Source: Myxococcales bacterium (GTDB taxonomy: Bacteria; Myxococcota_A; UBA9042; JABWCM01; BTVJ01). From it: DNA of 64,000 nucleotides. The notes under the pieces were generated by a model, which saw nothing but the letters and a program-made list of their open reading frames with translations, had not been told where the DNA came from and ran no database searches. The DNA is taken from positions 32,001-96,000 of the forward strand of contig BTVJ01000004.1 in NCBI GenBank assembly GCA_045863395.1. The letters are read 5' to 3'. This document shows positions 10,319 to 28,085 of the stretch, one piece after another (within the stretch, counting starts at the first letter, position 1; each line of letters starts with the position of its first letter). The translations under genes were made by a program, and so were the position numbers.

Positions 10319-13300
10319 GTGTGCCACCGAGCCCCCGCCCGCCGGCGTCACTGTGACCGGACGCGGCTCCTGTGGGCGCTCGCGGCCCTGCTCCTCGGGG
10401 CCTGCGGAGACGACCCGGTCTGCGGCAACGGGGCCGTCGAGGCCGGCGAGCAGTGCGACGAGCCGGGCGAGGGCTGCGTGGCCTGCCGGCTCGCCCGCTG
10501 CGGGGACGGCGTCCAGCAGCCGGGCGAGGAGTGCGACGACGGCAACCCCGTGGACCACGACGGCTGCCGCAACGACTGCCGGCTTCCCCGGTGCGGAGAC
10601 GGCGTGCTCCAAGGTGACGAGGAGTGCGACGACGGCAACACCGACCCGACGGACGCATGCACGGCCACTTGCACCGTCGCGCGGTGCGGCGACGGTGTCG
10701 TTCGGGCGGGCCTGGAGGAGTGCGACGACGACTCGGACGCCTGCGTCGCGTGCGCGGCGGCCCGCTGCGGCGACGGCGTGCGGCAGGGCGCCGAGGAGTG
10801 CGACGACGGCAACGCGAGCCCGTGGGACGCATGCACGCCGGACTGTGTGGCGGCGCGCTGCGGCGACGGCTTCGTGCAGCCCGGTGAGGAGTGCGACGAC
10901 GGCAACGGCGACGAAACGGACGGCTGCCGCTCCTGCCAGCGCGCGCGGTGCGGCGACGGCGCGGTCCACGCAGGGGTGGAGGCGTGCGACGGGGGCGACC
11001 GCTGCGGCCCCTCCTGTGCGCTCCTGACCTGCGGCGACGGCGTGGTGGACCCGGGCGAGGAGTGCGACGACGGAGACGCGGATCCCACGGACGCCTGCCT
11101 GCCGACCTGCCTGCTCGCCCGCTGCGGCGATGGCTACAGGGGTCCCGGTGAGGAGTGCGACGACGGCAACGCAGATGACCGCGACGCCTGCACCGGCTGC
11201 GCGGTGGCCCGCTGCGGCGACGGCGTCGTGGGGCCGGGCGAGGCGTGCGACGCGCCCGCCGGCTGCACCTCCGCCTGTGCCCTCCCCACGTGCGGCGACG
11301 GGATCGTGCAGGGCGGCGAGGAGTGCGACGACGGCAACGGGAGCCCCCACGACGCGTGCCTGCCCACGTGCCTGCTCGCGCGGTGCGGCGACGGCTTCGT
11401 CCAGCCCGGCGAGGAGTGCGACGACGGCAACGGCGCCCCCCACGACGCCTGCACACCGGCGTGCACCAAGGCCCGGTGCGGGGACGGCTGGGTGCGCGCC
11501 GGCGTCGAGGCCTGCGACCCGGGCGGGGACGACGACACCTGCACGGGCTGTGCGCTGCCCACCTGCGGCGACGGTGTCACGCAGGGCGCAGAGCAGTGCG
11601 ACGACGGCAACGCCGACCCGACGGACGGCTGCCTCCCCACCTGCGTGCTCCCGTCCTGCGGCGACGGCTTCGTGCAGGCCGAGGAGTGCGACGACGGCAA
11701 TGCAGACGACCACGATGCGTGCGTGGCCTGCGTGAAGGCGCGCTGCGGCGACGGCATCGTCTTCGCGGGGGTCGAGGCGTGCGACGACGGCAACGACGAG
11801 GACGGCGACGGGTGCTCGGCGTGCGTGCCGACCGGGTGCGGTGATGGGCTCGTACAACCCGACGAGGCGTGCGACGACGGGGACCTGGACCCCACCGACG
11901 GCTGCCTGCCGACCTGCGTCCTGGCGCGCTGCGGCGACGGCTTCACCTGGGCCGGCGTCGAGGCCTGCGACGACGGCAACGCCGACTCCATGGACGGCTG
12001 CACCACGGACTGCGCCCTGCCCTCCTGCGGCGACGGCGTCACCCAGGAAGGAGAGGCCTGCGACGACGGCAACGGGAGCAACACGGACGCCTGCACGGCG
12101 GTCTGCCTCCTGCCGGCGTGCGGGGACGGCTTCGTGCAGGCCGGAGAGGAGTGCGACGACGGCAACGCCAACCCGGCGGACGCCTGCGTGGGCTGCAAGA
12201 AGGCGCGGTGCGGAGATGGCCACCTGCAGGTCGGCGTCGAGGGGTGCGACGACGGCAACGACAGCGACGAGGACGGCTGCGTAGGCTGCGCGCTTGCGCA
12301 CTGCGGAGACGGCCACACATGGAGCGGCGTCGAAGCCTGCGACGACGGCAACCTGGAGCCCACGGACGGCTGCCTGCCGAGCTGCGCTGCCTTCGACTTC
12401 TGCGAGGGGACGGCGGTGACCGCCGTCCTCCCGCCCGTGATCTGCGCCGGGCATGAGCCCCCCGAGGCCGTCCTGAGCGCGTCGGGGCGCGGCTTCCTGC
12501 GCGTCGGGGGCGTCGGCCCCGCCGTCACGCTCGACGGCGCCGCCGCGCCCTTCACGCTCGAGGGGTGCGCCCCGATCCACGGCGTGTTCGTGGCCGCCGA
12601 GGGGTGCACGACGCTCCGGCTGACGCTCCCGGGCACCCTCCCGGTGGGGGACCACCCCATCGAGGTCACGCACCCCACCGCCGCGCCGTGCCCGCTGGCG
12701 GCGGTCCTCAGCGTCGGCGAGCCGCCGATCGTAAGCGCGGTGGAGCCACCCCGGGTGTGCGAGGGCCCCGGGATCGTGGCCGTCCTGGGCTCCGGCTTCG
12801 TGGCGGGCTCCCAGGTGGCGGTCGAGGCACACGCGTCCACGTCCGACACCCTCTCGCCCTCGGAGCTCCTGGTGTCGCTCGGAGCGCTCACTCCCGGCAC
12901 CTGGGACGTGACCGTGAGCAACGGCCCCGACTGCGAGGACACGCTGCCCGGCGCCCTGGAGGTGCTCCCGAACCCCATCGTGTTCTTCGTGGACCCGCCC
13001 GTGGTCTACAACGGCATCGACCTTCAGGCCACCATCTACGTGAGCGGTATCAACGACGGGGCGGTGAGCGCCGTGCAGATCCGCCCGACGGGCACCACGC
13101 AGCCCTGGCTGCCCCTGGACTTCGCGCCCGGCGGGGCGCTGACCGTGCGGGCGACCATCCCGGCGGATCTGGTCCCGCCCGGCGAGAGCCAGACGTGGGA
13201 CGTGCTGGTCACGGACGCCGCTGGCTGCAAGGGGACGCTGGCGGGGAGCCTGGTGCTCACGCAGCGCCTGACGCTGGAGCTCGCCAGCGTGACGCCGCCC

Positions 13301-15235
13301 TTCGGGTGGACCGCGAGCCCGACCGCGGTCTCCGTGCGCGCGGTGACGCCCCCGGCGCCAGGCAACGCCGCCTTCGTGCCCCTGCCGCGGGTGTACCTGA
13401 ACCCGGTGAGCGGCGGCGAGGCGACACCCATCCAGGCCGTGGCCCTCGTGGACGCCGGCCGCCTGACGGCGTTGGTGCCCGACGGCCTGACGCCCGGGGA
13501 CTACGACCTCATCGCCGTCAACCCCACCGGGGAGGTCGGCGTCCTGGAGGGGGGCTTCCGCGTGACGGCCGCGCCACCACCCCTGGTGGACGTGGTGGCG
13601 CCAGGCTCCATCCCCACCGGCTCGCCTGCCTCGATTCGGGTGCGCGGATCGTTCTTCTCTGCCCCCGCTGTGACGGCGACCTGCCTGGAGCCCGGTGGAG
13701 TCCTCGCAGGGTACGCCGCAACGTTGGCCACGGTGTCGCCCACGCTCATCGAGGCGACCCTGCCCGGCGCCCAGATGACCCAGGGGTCCGTGTGCGTGAT
13801 CCGTGTGACCAACGGCGACGGGAGCTTCGCCGACTGGTCCGCCGTCGCCGTGACCAACCCGGCCGAGAACATCGGAGACTCGGTGGCGGGGCCGCCGATG
13901 AGTACGGCCCGCCGCGCCCCGGGGCTGGTCATCGGGCGCGCGACCCGCGCGTCCGCCTTCGTGTACGCCATCGGGGGCGACGGTGGGAGCGAGGCCCTCG
14001 CCACCATCGAAGCCGCGCCGCTCGACGAGTTCGGCGTCCTCGGCGCGTTCTCGACGCTCGACCCGCTGCCAGCCCCGAGGACGCTGGCGGGCGCCGCCAC
14101 CGTGGGGCGCTTCCTCTACGTGGTCGGTGGAGACGAAGGGGGCGGCGCAGTGGCCTCGGTGCTGCGCGCCGAGGTGCTGCGGCCCGAGGACGCGCCGCGC
14201 GTGACGGACGTAGCCATCGCCTTGTCGCCGGACGGCCTCGGGCCGGGCCTCTGGTACTACCGCGTGGCGGCCGTCATGGGGGCCGGCGACGCGGACAACC
14301 CGGGCGGCGAGACCCTGCCGTCGGATCCGCTGCCCATCCAGGTGCCCCCCGGCCTGCCGCTGACGCTGCGCCCGACGCTCACGTGGAGCGCCGTCCCTGG
14401 CGCCGCGAGCTACCGGGTCTACCGCAGCGCCGCTCCCGGTGCCTCGGCCAGCGCGCTGGGGCTCCTGGCCGAGACGGGGAGCACGGGCCTGACGGATCCT
14501 GGCGGCCCGACGACCCCCGCCACCATGCGAGCCGTGGGAGACCTCGGGGTCTGGCACTCCGCGCCCTCGCTCCAGACGGCGCGGTCCTCCCACGGGGTCG
14601 CCGTCGCCCGCGACCCGGCCGACGCAGCGACGCTCCACATCTACGCGGTGGGCGGGCTCGGGCCGTCCGGGGCGCTGGCATCGGTCGAGCGCCTGACTGT
14701 AACCATGGACGCGGACGGCGGGCAGACGATGGGCGCATGGGTCCCCAGCCCGTCCCTGACTGCGGCCCGCTCCGCCCTGGCCGCGGCGACCGTGGACGAG
14801 TCGGCCACGGTGCGCGTTACGGAAGAAGAATCATGGATTTACGCGGGAAGTGGCGAGGACGGGGGGGTGGTCTCCACCCTGGAGTCGGCGCAGGTGCTCC
14901 CCGGGGGCGCGCTCACCTCGTGGTCCTCGGCGCTCAAGGGCGGCTCCGGTCCCAAGCGAACCGGTTACGCGCTGATGGCCGCATCCAATCAGGTCTTCCT
15001 CTTCGGCGGGGCGGGCGGGGCCCCTTCCGGTAACAGCGAGTCGGGGCAGCTCTGCGGACCGGGCTACTCCAAGTGCACCGAGTCCGGTACGCTGAGCAAC
15101 CTGAACGCGACGGGCGCATCCATGGCCGTCGCGCGCCGCCTGTTCGGCTCCACGCTGGGGAGCGGGCGGTTCTTCTTCGCTGGCGGCCAGACTCCGGGAG
15201 GGGTGACCGCCGCGGTCGAGAGCACGATCTGGTAG
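10319..15235 (+). CDS. Lipoprotein with ~22 DUF4215-type Cys repeats, several IPT/TIG-like domains and a Kelch beta-propeller with an FN3-like insertion; start uncertain
   Basis: Lipobox LLLGAC; CGDG..ECDDGN repeats; IPT-like segments ([31 protein letters not shown]); Kelch blades (FVYAIGG, FLYVVGG, IYAVGG, VFLFGG, FFFAGG). Confidence 0.87.
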   Translation: MCHRAPARRRHCDRTRLLWALAALLLGACGDDPVCGNGAVEAGEQCDEPGEGCVACRLARCGDGVQQPGEECDDGNPVDHDGCRNDCRLPRCGDGVLQGDEECDDGNTDPTDACTATCTVARCGDGVVRAGLEECDDDSDACVACAAARCGDGVRQGAEECDDGNASPWDACTPDCVAARCGDGFVQPGEECDDGNGDETDGCRSCQRARCGDGAVHAGVEACDGGDRCGPSCALLTCGDGVVDPGEECDDGDADPTDACLPTCLLARCGDGYRGPGEECDDGNADDRDACTGCAVARCGDGVVGPGEACDAPAGCTSACALPTCGDGIVQGGEECDDGNGSPHDACLPTCLLARCGDGFVQPGEECDDGNGAPHDACTPACTKARCGDGWVRAGVEACDPGGDDDTCTGCALPTCGDGVTQGAEQCDDGNADPTDGCLPTCVLPSCGDGFVQAEECDDGNADDHDACVACVKARCGDGIVFAGVEACDDGNDEDGDGCSACVPTGCGDGLVQPDEACDDGDLDPTDGCLPTCVLARCGDGFTWAGVEACDDGNADSMDGCTTDCALPSCGDGVTQEGEACDDGNGSNTDACTAVCLLPACGDGFVQAGEECDDGNANPADACVGCKKARCGDGHLQVGVEGCDDGNDSDEDGCVGCALAHCGDGHTWSGVEACDDGNLEPTDGCLPSCAAFDFCEGTAVTAVLPPVICAGHEPPEAVLSASGRGFLRVGGVGPAVTLDGAAAPFTLEGCAPIHGVFVAAEGCTTLRLTLPGTLPVGDHPIEVTHPTAAPCPLAAVLSVGEPPIVSAVEPPRVCEGPGIVAVLGSGFVAGSQVAVEAHASTSDTLSPSELLVSLGALTPGTWDVTVSNGPDCEDTLPGALEVLPNPIVFFVDPPVVYNGIDLQATIYVSGINDGAVSAVQIRPTGTTQPWLPLDFAPGGALTVRATIPADLVPPGESQTWDVLVTDAAGCKGTLAGSLVLTQRLTLELASVTPPFGWTASPTAVSVRAVTPPAPGNAAFVPLPRVYLNPVSGGEATPIQAVALVDAGRLTALVPDGLTPGDYDLIAVNPTGEVGVLEGGFRVTAAPPPLVDVVAPGSIPTGSPASIRVRGSFFSAPAVTATCLEPGGVLAGYAATLATVSPTLIEATLPGAQMTQGSVCVIRVTNGDGSFADWSAVAVTNPAENIGDSVAGPPMSTARRAPGLVIGRATRASAFVYAIGGDGGSEALATIEAAPLDEFGVLGAFSTLDPLPAPRTLAGAATVGRFLYVVGGDEGGGAVASVLRAEVLRPEDAPRVTDVAIALSPDGLGPGLWYYRVAAVMGAGDADNPGGETLPSDPLPIQVPPGLPLTLRPTLTWSAVPGAASYRVYRSAAPGASASALGLLAETGSTGLTDPGGPTTPATMRAVGDLGVWHSAPSLQTARSSHGVAVARDPADAATLHIYAVGGLGPSGALASVERLTVTMDADGGQTMGAWVPSPSLTAARSALAAATVDESATVRVTEEESWIYAGSGEDGGVVSTLESAQVLPGGALTSWSSALKGGSGPKRTGYALMAASNQVFLFGGAGGAPSGNSESGQLCGPGYSKCTESGTLSNLNATGASMAVARRLFGSTLGSGRFFFAGGQTPGGVTAAVESTIW

Positions 15236-15261
15236 TTCAGGTCCACCCCGAGGTCACCATG

Positions 15262-22236
<6,975 letters not shown>

Positions 22237-22368
22237 GGGACGGCGCGCGCTGGGGCGGTCCCCCCTCCGCACCACGGCTCCAGCTCGGCGGCGTTCGGAC
22301 TTGCGAGGCCCCCCCCGGGCGTGGTAGGGCGTGGCCCATCGACGGCGCGGCGCGCCAGGGAGGACCCG

Positions 22369-24123
22369 ATGCGGTGGATGGGTGTGTGGTGCTTCGTAGC
22401 GCTCCTGGCGTGCGAGACCGACAAGGGCGTGGGGGGCGGCTTTGACGGGAGCGAGACCCCCGGGGAGGACGGCAGCCCCGGCGCGAAGGACGACGTGGCC
22501 GAGGGTCTGGACATGCACGGGGGAGGCGACTCCCAGGGCGAGGGCGACTCAGGCGTGTCGCCGGACGTCGGGAGTCCCGGGGACGCGGTGGCAGACGCGG
22601 GTGGGCTCGACAGCGGCGGCGCCGACGCAGTGAGTGACGGAGGGGCCACGGACGCGGGCGCTCCGAGTGACTCCGGGGCGGGAGGCGGGGGTGACCCGGA
22701 CACGGGGGCGCAAGACGCGATCAGCGACGCGGGCGGCCCGCAGGACGCCGGACCCATCGACGCGGGCGGCCCGCAGGACGCCGGCCCCACGGACGCGGGA
22801 GGGCCGCAGGACGCGGGACCCTTCGACGCGGGGGGCCCGGTGGATGCAGGTCCGGCAGACACCGGACCACCACCCGCCGATCCCTGGGGCCTGCGCATCA
22901 CCGAGATCATGTACGACCCCGCGGCGGTCAACGACGACGGCGGCGAGTGGTTCGAGGTGCTCAACACGGGCACGAAGGCCGTGGACCTGGTCGGCGTGAC
23001 CATCGGCGACAACGCGACCAAGCACCTGGTTGCAGCACCGTCACCCCTCATGGTGGCGCCGGGAGCCCACGTCGTCATCGGGCGCTCCGCGGACCCTGCG
23101 AAGAACGGGGGCATCAGCCCCCTCTACGTGCAGACGGCGTTCAGCCTGACCAACACGGCGGACAGCGTGGTGCTCTCCTACGGAGGCGTCGAGATCGACC
23201 GCGTGGACTACGACGAGGCGGCCGGGTGGCCCAACGCCGCGGGCTTCAGCGTCCAGCTCGACCCGGACAAGGCGGACACCTGGTGCGGGAGCACCAAGCC
23301 CTTCGGCGCGGGCGATCTCGGGACACCGGGCGCGAAGAACCACGCCTGCGGAGCGCCGCCCGTCACGGGCGACCCCTTCAAGCTCGTCATCACGGAGATC
23401 ATGTACGACCCGGCGGCGGTGGGCGACACCGCCGGCGAGTGGGTGGAGCTCACGAACACGGGCGCGAAGGAGGTGGACCTCCGAGGGCTCACGTTCTCCG
23501 ACGCGGGAGCCTCGGCGCTCATCGACGCCCCGTCGCCGCTGCTGGTGCCGGCAGGCGGCCGCGCCCTGCTCGGCCGCAGCAAGGACCCGGCGGTCAACGG
23601 CGGCGTCACGGTGCTCTGGACCTTCGGCTTCAGCCTCAACAACGACAAGGACAGCGTGGTGCTGGCCAAGGACGGCGTAGAGATCGACCGGGTGGACTAC
23701 GACGAGGGCGCGGGCTGGCCGGCCGCGGTCGGCGCCTCGCTCCAGCTCGACGCCGCGCTGGACCCCGCCACCGCCAACAACGCGCTCCCGGCCGCCTGGT
23801 GCCTCTCGACCGCGGCGGCTCCGTCGGGGGATCTGGGGACGCCGGGCGCCGCCAACACGGCGTGCGGCGCTCCGGGCGGGCCCTGCGTGGGCCACTGCGA
23901 CGGCGAGGTGGCCGCCCTCGGCTGCTGGTGCGACGCCGCGTGCGTCTCGAGCGGCGACTGCTGCGCGGACGCCTGCGAGACCTGCGGGTACTGCGGAGGC
24001 ACCGGCGCTTGCACCGGTTCCTGCGGCGGGCAGTCCCCGCAGGGGTGCTGGTGCGATTCCTTCTGCGTGGCGAATGGAGACTGCTGCGCCGACGCCTGCG
24101 CCACGTGCGGGGTCTGCCCGTAG
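22369..24123 (+). CDS. Lipoprotein: acidic DAG linker, two lamin-tail (LTD) domains and two somatomedin-B-like Cys modules
   Basis: Lipobox ALLAC; two copies of ITEIMYDP...GEWxExxN...GTPGAxN; two copies of CxGxC..GCWCDxxCxxxGDCCADACxTC. Confidence 0.85.
   Translation: MRWMGVWCFVALLACETDKGVGGGFDGSETPGEDGSPGAKDDVAEGLDMHGGGDSQGEGDSGVSPDVGSPGDAVADAGGLDSGGADAVSDGGATDAGAPSDSGAGGGGDPDTGAQDAISDAGGPQDAGPIDAGGPQDAGPTDAGGPQDAGPFDAGGPVDAGPADTGPPPADPWGLRITEIMYDPAAVNDDGGEWFEVLNTGTKAVDLVGVTIGDNATKHLVAAPSPLMVAPGAHVVIGRSADPAKNGGISPLYVQTAFSLTNTADSVVLSYGGVEIDRVDYDEAAGWPNAAGFSVQLDPDKADTWCGSTKPFGAGDLGTPGAKNHACGAPPVTGDPFKLVITEIMYDPAAVGDTAGEWVELTNTGAKEVDLRGLTFSDAGASALIDAPSPLLVPAGGRALLGRSKDPAVNGGVTVLWTFGFSLNNDKDSVVLAKDGVEIDRVDYDEGAGWPAAVGASLQLDAALDPATANNALPAAWCLSTAAAPSGDLGTPGAANTACGAPGGPCVGHCDGEVAALGCWCDAACVSSGDCCADACETCGYCGGTGACTGSCGGQSPQGCWCDSFCVANGDCCADACATCGVCP
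22726..22857 (+). repeat. Four 33-bp coding tandem repeats (DAGGPQDAGPx)
   Basis: gacgcgggcggcccgcaggacgccggacccatc and three variants in tandem. Confidence 0.85.
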
Positions 24124-24316
24124 CGCGTAGGGCCCGGGAGACTCCCGTCCCCCCCGGCTCCTCGGTGGCCGCGGCCCGGCAGCGGCGCTCCGAGAGCCGC
24201 GGACGCCTCTGCTCCCCGGCGGCGCTCGTCACCTCAGCGTCACACTGGCGCTCCCGACACGTCGCTTGCCCTCGCCCGCCCGATGGGGATGATCCACGAG
24301 AACCCCGGAGGCGCGC

Positions 24317-25630
24317 GTGTCCAAGCCCACCCACCCCGTCACGGCGCGCCTCGCCGCCACGAGCCCTGCCCTGTTCGCCGCCTGGGCGGTGCTCGCGGCC
24401 TTCTCCACCTACTTCTGCATGTACGCCTTCCGCAAGCCCTTCGCGGTCGGCACCTTTGCGGGGACCGTGGACCTGCCGCTGCTGCCGCCCATGGACTACA
24501 AGGTGGCGCTGATCATCGCGCAGGTGCTCGGGTACTGCATCTCCAAGTTCATCGGCATCAAGGTGGTCTCCGAGATGTCGCCGGGCCGCCGCGCCGCCGC
24601 CGTCCTGGTGGTCATCGGGGTCGCTTGGGCAGCCCTCCTGCTCTTCGCGATCACGCCGGCTCCCTGGAGCGTCGTGTTCCTCTTCCTCAACGGCATCCCC
24701 CTCGGCATGGTGTGGGGCCTGGTGTTCGGCTTCCTGGAGGGGCGCCGCGTCAGCGACGTGCTGGGCGCCGGGCTCTCCGCCAGCTACATCGTCGCGTCGG
24801 GGGCCGTGAAGTCCGTGGGCAAGCTGCTGCTGGACGCGGGCGTCCCCGAGGCGTGGATGCCCTTCTGCGTGGGCGCCGTCTTCGCGCTGCCCATGGCCGG
24901 CTTCGTCTGGATGCTCGCGCGGCTCCCCCCGCCGAGCCCCGAGGACGAGGCCCGGCGCTGCGTCCGCGCCCCCATGGACGGCCAAGCCCGCAAGTCCTTC
25001 CTGCTGCGGTTCGCCCCGTCGGTCCTGCCCCTGACCCTGCTCTACGTGCTGCTGACCGCCTACCGCGACTTCCGAGACAACTTCTCCCGCGAGCTCTACG
25101 ACGCGCTCGGCGCCGGCAGCAGCGCCGGCATCTTCGCCGTGGCCGAGATCCCCATCGCGCTGGGCGTGCTCGTCGTCCTGGCGCTGCTCACCCTGGTCCA
25201 GGACAACCGCAAGGCGGTGCTGGTCGTACACGCGGTCATGGGGGCAGGGACGGCCCTCATCGGCGTGGCGACGCTCCTCTGGTCCGCGGGCATCCTCGGC
25301 TCCGTCCCGTGGATGATCGCCGTGGGCCTCGGGCTCTACATCGCCTACGTCCCCTACGGCTGCGTCCTCTTCGACCGCCTGCTGGCCGCCGTCGGCTCCG
25401 TGGGAACCGCCGCGTTCCTCATCTACCTCACCGACGCCTTCGGCTACCTGGGCAGCGTGCTGCTCCTGCTGGTCAAGACCTTCTGGAGCCCGGACCTGTC
25501 CTGGCTCGACTTCTTCGTCGCCTTCAGCCACGTCACCGCCGTCGCGTGTACGGCGCTGTTCGCCGTGTCCTTCGTATGGCTGGCGACGTGGGGGCGGCGA
25601 GAGCGCACGGCGGGAGCGGCCCAGGCGTAG
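24317..25630 (+). CDS. DUF5690 family multi-pass membrane protein (MFS-like)
   Basis: YFCMYAFRKPF, DYKVALIIAQVLGY..SKFIGIKVVSE, LNGIPLGMVWGLVF..LEGRR and RDFRDNF; many TM segments. Confidence 0.8.
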   Translation: MSKPTHPVTARLAATSPALFAAWAVLAAFSTYFCMYAFRKPFAVGTFAGTVDLPLLPPMDYKVALIIAQVLGYCISKFIGIKVVSEMSPGRRAAAVLVVIGVAWAALLLFAITPAPWSVVFLFLNGIPLGMVWGLVFGFLEGRRVSDVLGAGLSASYIVASGAVKSVGKLLLDAGVPEAWMPFCVGAVFALPMAGFVWMLARLPPPSPEDEARRCVRAPMDGQARKSFLLRFAPSVLPLTLLYVLLTAYRDFRDNFSRELYDALGAGSSAGIFAVAEIPIALGVLVVLALLTLVQDNRKAVLVVHAVMGAGTALIGVATLLWSAGILGSVPWMIAVGLGLYIAYVPYGCVLFDRLLAAVGSVGTAAFLIYLTDAFGYLGSVLLLLVKTFWSPDLSWLDFFVAFSHVTAVACTALFAVSFVWLATWGRRERTAGAAQA

Positions 25631-25642
25631 CGGATCGCGGTG

Positions 25643-25744
25643 TCAGTCCTTGTAGGGGTCGTAGCTCCCCACGGGGAAGTAGCACCAACGGAGGGAGAGC
25701 CCGCTGTCGTCGATCACGACCCGAGGATCCTCGTACCGTGTCAT
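25643..25744 (-). pseudogene. 33-aa ORF, probably a truncated gene remnant or a small protein
   Basis: MTRYEDPRVVIDDSGLSLRWCYFPVGSYDPYKD*, preceded by GGAGG; same orientation as, and downstream of, the DUF6855 gene. Confidence 0.4.
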
Positions 25745-25813
25745 GGCCGTTCAACCTCCGGGTCCCGGCCGTCCTTTGACGAAGGCGTGCGTCGAGGCTG
25801 GGCTGGGGCGCGC

Positions 25814-26221
25814 CTATCGGGCGCGCATCCGGTTGCCCTTGGGGTTGTGCTCCAGCTCGACCAGGCCCAGCGCCTCCATCAGCGGGGGCACGTAGACGCC
25901 GAAGCGGCCCCGAAGCCCCTTCTTCAGCCCGTACCAGCCACCGATGGGGTTGTCGGGCGACCGACCCCATGCCTCCACGGTGCCCTCCTTCGCGGGCTTC
26001 TGCTCGTCCGCCCCCCCGAGCTCCATCCAGTCCCCGTGGGCCCTCAGCATGGCGTGCAGGTCGTCGATGCAGCGCGCGTCATAGTGCAGCACGGTCTTGC
26101 CGACGGTGCAGACCAGGACCGTCGTCCCGTCCTTGTCGGCGACGTGCATGGTGTAGTCCGACGTGCCCGGCGGCGTCTTCAGCGCCCAGGGGTCGTCCTT
26201 CGTGCGGTCCAGCGTGGCCAT
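25814..26221 (-). CDS. DUF6855 family protein
   Basis: DPWALKTPPGTSDYTM...GDWMELGGADEQKPAKEGTVEAWGRSPDNPIGGWYGLKKGLRGRFG; AAGGAG RBS. Confidence 0.78.
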   Translation of the reverse strand: MATLDRTKDDPWALKTPPGTSDYTMHVADKDGTTVLVCTVGKTVLHYDARCIDDLHAMLRAHGDWMELGGADEQKPAKEGTVEAWGRSPDNPIGGWYGLKKGLRGRFGVYVPPLMEALGLVELEHNPKGNRMRAR

Positions 26222-26460
26222 GGGTCTCCTTGGGCGGGCCGCAGCCCGCGTGCGGTGGTATCGAGGAATGAGCGGCGAGCATGCCACAGCCGGCGCGGCC
26301 GGGCCAGATGCGTTGCGCGCACAGTCGCCTTCGGAGGCCCACGTGGCCCGCATCACCGTGCGGCGACCGCGACGGCGACCAGACCCGGAAGGCCCTGCCC
26401 GGCACACCGTAGTGGACGCCTGGGCAGAGCCCGGGGGCTGATGGTTTCGGGGGAGGAGAC

Positions 26461-26492
26461 TGCTTGAGTAGCAAGTCGGCACAACCTACCAT
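26461..26492 (+). promoter_or_regulatory. Candidate sigma70 promoter of the TA operon (leaderless) with an inverted repeat over the -35
   Basis: TTGAGT (26464-26469), 17-nt spacer, TACCAT (26487-26492), 6 nt before ATG 26499; nested IRs TGCT-N5-AGCA and CTTG-N5-CAAG. Confidence 0.55.
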
Positions 26493-26498
26493 GCGCTC

Positions 26499-26741
26499 AT
26501 GGACGCGCTCACGGTCAGCAGCAAGGGACAGATCACGGTGCCCAAGCACCTGCGGGAGCTGCTGAAGCTCTACCCGGGCGCCCGACTCCAGGCCACCGTC
26601 GACCCGGACGGGCGCCTCGTCCTCACGCCGGCGCTGCACACGGCCGAGGCGCTGTTCGGGACACGGCCCCGCATCGAGCGCTCCTTGACGGTCGAGCAGT
26701 TGGACGAGGTGATCCGCGCCCACCATGGAGACCGCGGGTGA
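26499..26741 (+). CDS. AbrB/MazE/SpoVT-family antitoxin (VapB-like)
   Basis: TVSSKGQITVPKHLRELLKLYPG swapped-hairpin motif; GTGA overlap with the PIN gene. Confidence 0.88.
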   Translation: MDALTVSSKGQITVPKHLRELLKLYPGARLQATVDPDGRLVLTPALHTAEALFGTRPRIERSLTVEQLDEVIRAHHGDRG

Positions 26742-26938
26742 TCGCGTTCGACACCAACGTCCTCGTGCGCACCCTGCTGGGCGATGACCCCGCCCAGACG
26801 CCCATCGCGGAGCGCCACTTCCTCGACTGCACACGGGGCCGCGGCGTCCTGGTGGGTCATGTCGTCCAGGGAGAGCTGGCGTGGGTCATGGAGCGCGCTC
26901 GGCACAGCGGCGGGCGTGCGGTCCACCCACCTCCGTGA
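26738..26938 (+). pseudogene. vapC: Truncated or internally deleted VapC (PIN domain) toxin
   Basis: N-terminus MIAFDTNVLVR..DD..Q and GELAWV are typical of VapC, but the ORF is only 66 aa, about half a PIN domain. Confidence 0.75.
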
Positions 26939-27065
26939 CCTGCGCCCTCCCCGGGTGACGCCCCCTTGGGCGCCCTATGGATCCAGCCAGCGCGCCGATT
27001 GACGCCGCGCCACGTCCGGGGTAGACCAACGGCCGGTGGCGCGGAGCCGCCCGCGAGGAGGCCGC

Positions 27066-28085
27066 ATGGAGAGGCGCACCCGGATCATGGCGACCAGCGG
27101 ACCGGCCTCGGGGAGCGCCGATGTCCTGCGGGCCTTGATCGACGCTGGCGTCGACTCCTTCCGGGTCAACGTGGCCGCTGCCGCTCCCGCCGATCACCTG
27201 GGGCGCATCCGGGCCATCCGCGAGGCGGAGCAGGCCGCGGGGCGACGGGTGGAGATCCTCGTCGATCTGGGTGGCCGGAAGGTGCGGCTCGTGGGGGTGC
27301 CGCCCGAGGGGCTGACCCTCACGACGGGCACCGAGCTGCTCCTCGGCGCCGAAGCCCCATGCACCCCGGGCCGCCTCGCCGTGGACGCGCCAGAGCTGCT
27401 CGCCGCCGCCCGCCCTGGCGCGACCATCCTGCTCGCCGACGGGGCCGTCGCCTTGACCGTGCTGCCTGGCAGACTCCACGCCACCGTCACCCGGGGAGGC
27501 ACGCTGCGCCCCAGGGCCGGCGTGGCCATCCCTGGCGCCGATCTGGACCTGCCGGCGCTGTCCGAGGACGACCTGGCGGCGCTGGACGCCCTGGATCTCG
27601 CGCTGGTGGACGAGGTCGCCCTCTCCTACGTGGGGTCGGCGGCGGACGTGGAGTCCCTGCGCGCCGCCCTGCGAGCCCGCGGCGCCGCGTGCCGCGTGGT
27701 GGCCAAGATCGAGCGCGCCCAGGCCCTGCGGGACCTGCCCGCCATCTGCGCCGCCGCCGACGCGGTGCTCGTGGCGCGGGGGGACCTGGGGGTCGAGCTC
27801 GGGCCGTGGGCGGTGCCGGCAGCCCAGAAAGACATCACGGCGGCCGCGAGGGAGGCCGGGCGGCCGGTCATCCTGGCGACGCACATCCTCGAGTCCATGG
27901 TCCGCGGGTCCCACCCCACCCGCGCCGAGGTCAACGACATCGCCAACGCCGTGTGGGAGGGGGTGACCACCCTCTGCGTCACGGCGGAGACCGCCATCGG
28001 GCACGCCCCCGTGGACGTGGTGCGCGCCCTGGACGCCGCCATCCGCGGGGCAGAGGCCCGCGCCACACCAGAGGGGAGACCATGA
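27066..28085 (+). CDS. pyk: Divergent pyruvate kinase lacking the C-terminal regulatory domain
   Basis: RTRIMATSGPAS, DLGGRKVR, AKIE, VARGDLGVE, PTRAEVNDIANAV and ETAIG; 339 aa; ATGA overlap with the next gene. Confidence 0.82.
   Translation: MERRTRIMATSGPASGSADVLRALIDAGVDSFRVNVAAAAPADHLGRIRAIREAEQAAGRRVEILVDLGGRKVRLVGVPPEGLTLTTGTELLLGAEAPCTPGRLAVDAPELLAAARPGATILLADGAVALTVLPGRLHATVTRGGTLRPRAGVAIPGADLDLPALSEDDLAALDALDLALVDEVALSYVGSAADVESLRAALRARGAACRVVAKIERAQALRDLPAICAAADAVLVARGDLGVELGPWAVPAAQKDITAAAREAGRPVILATHILESMVRGSHPTRAEVNDIANAVWEGVTTLCVTAETAIGHAPVDVVRALDAAIRGAEARATPEGRP

Noticed and set aside
7950..12400. Recurring GAGTGCGACGACGGCAAC units resembling a CRISPR array
   Set aside because: In-frame coding repeats (ECDDGN) with wobble variation and homologous intervening sequence
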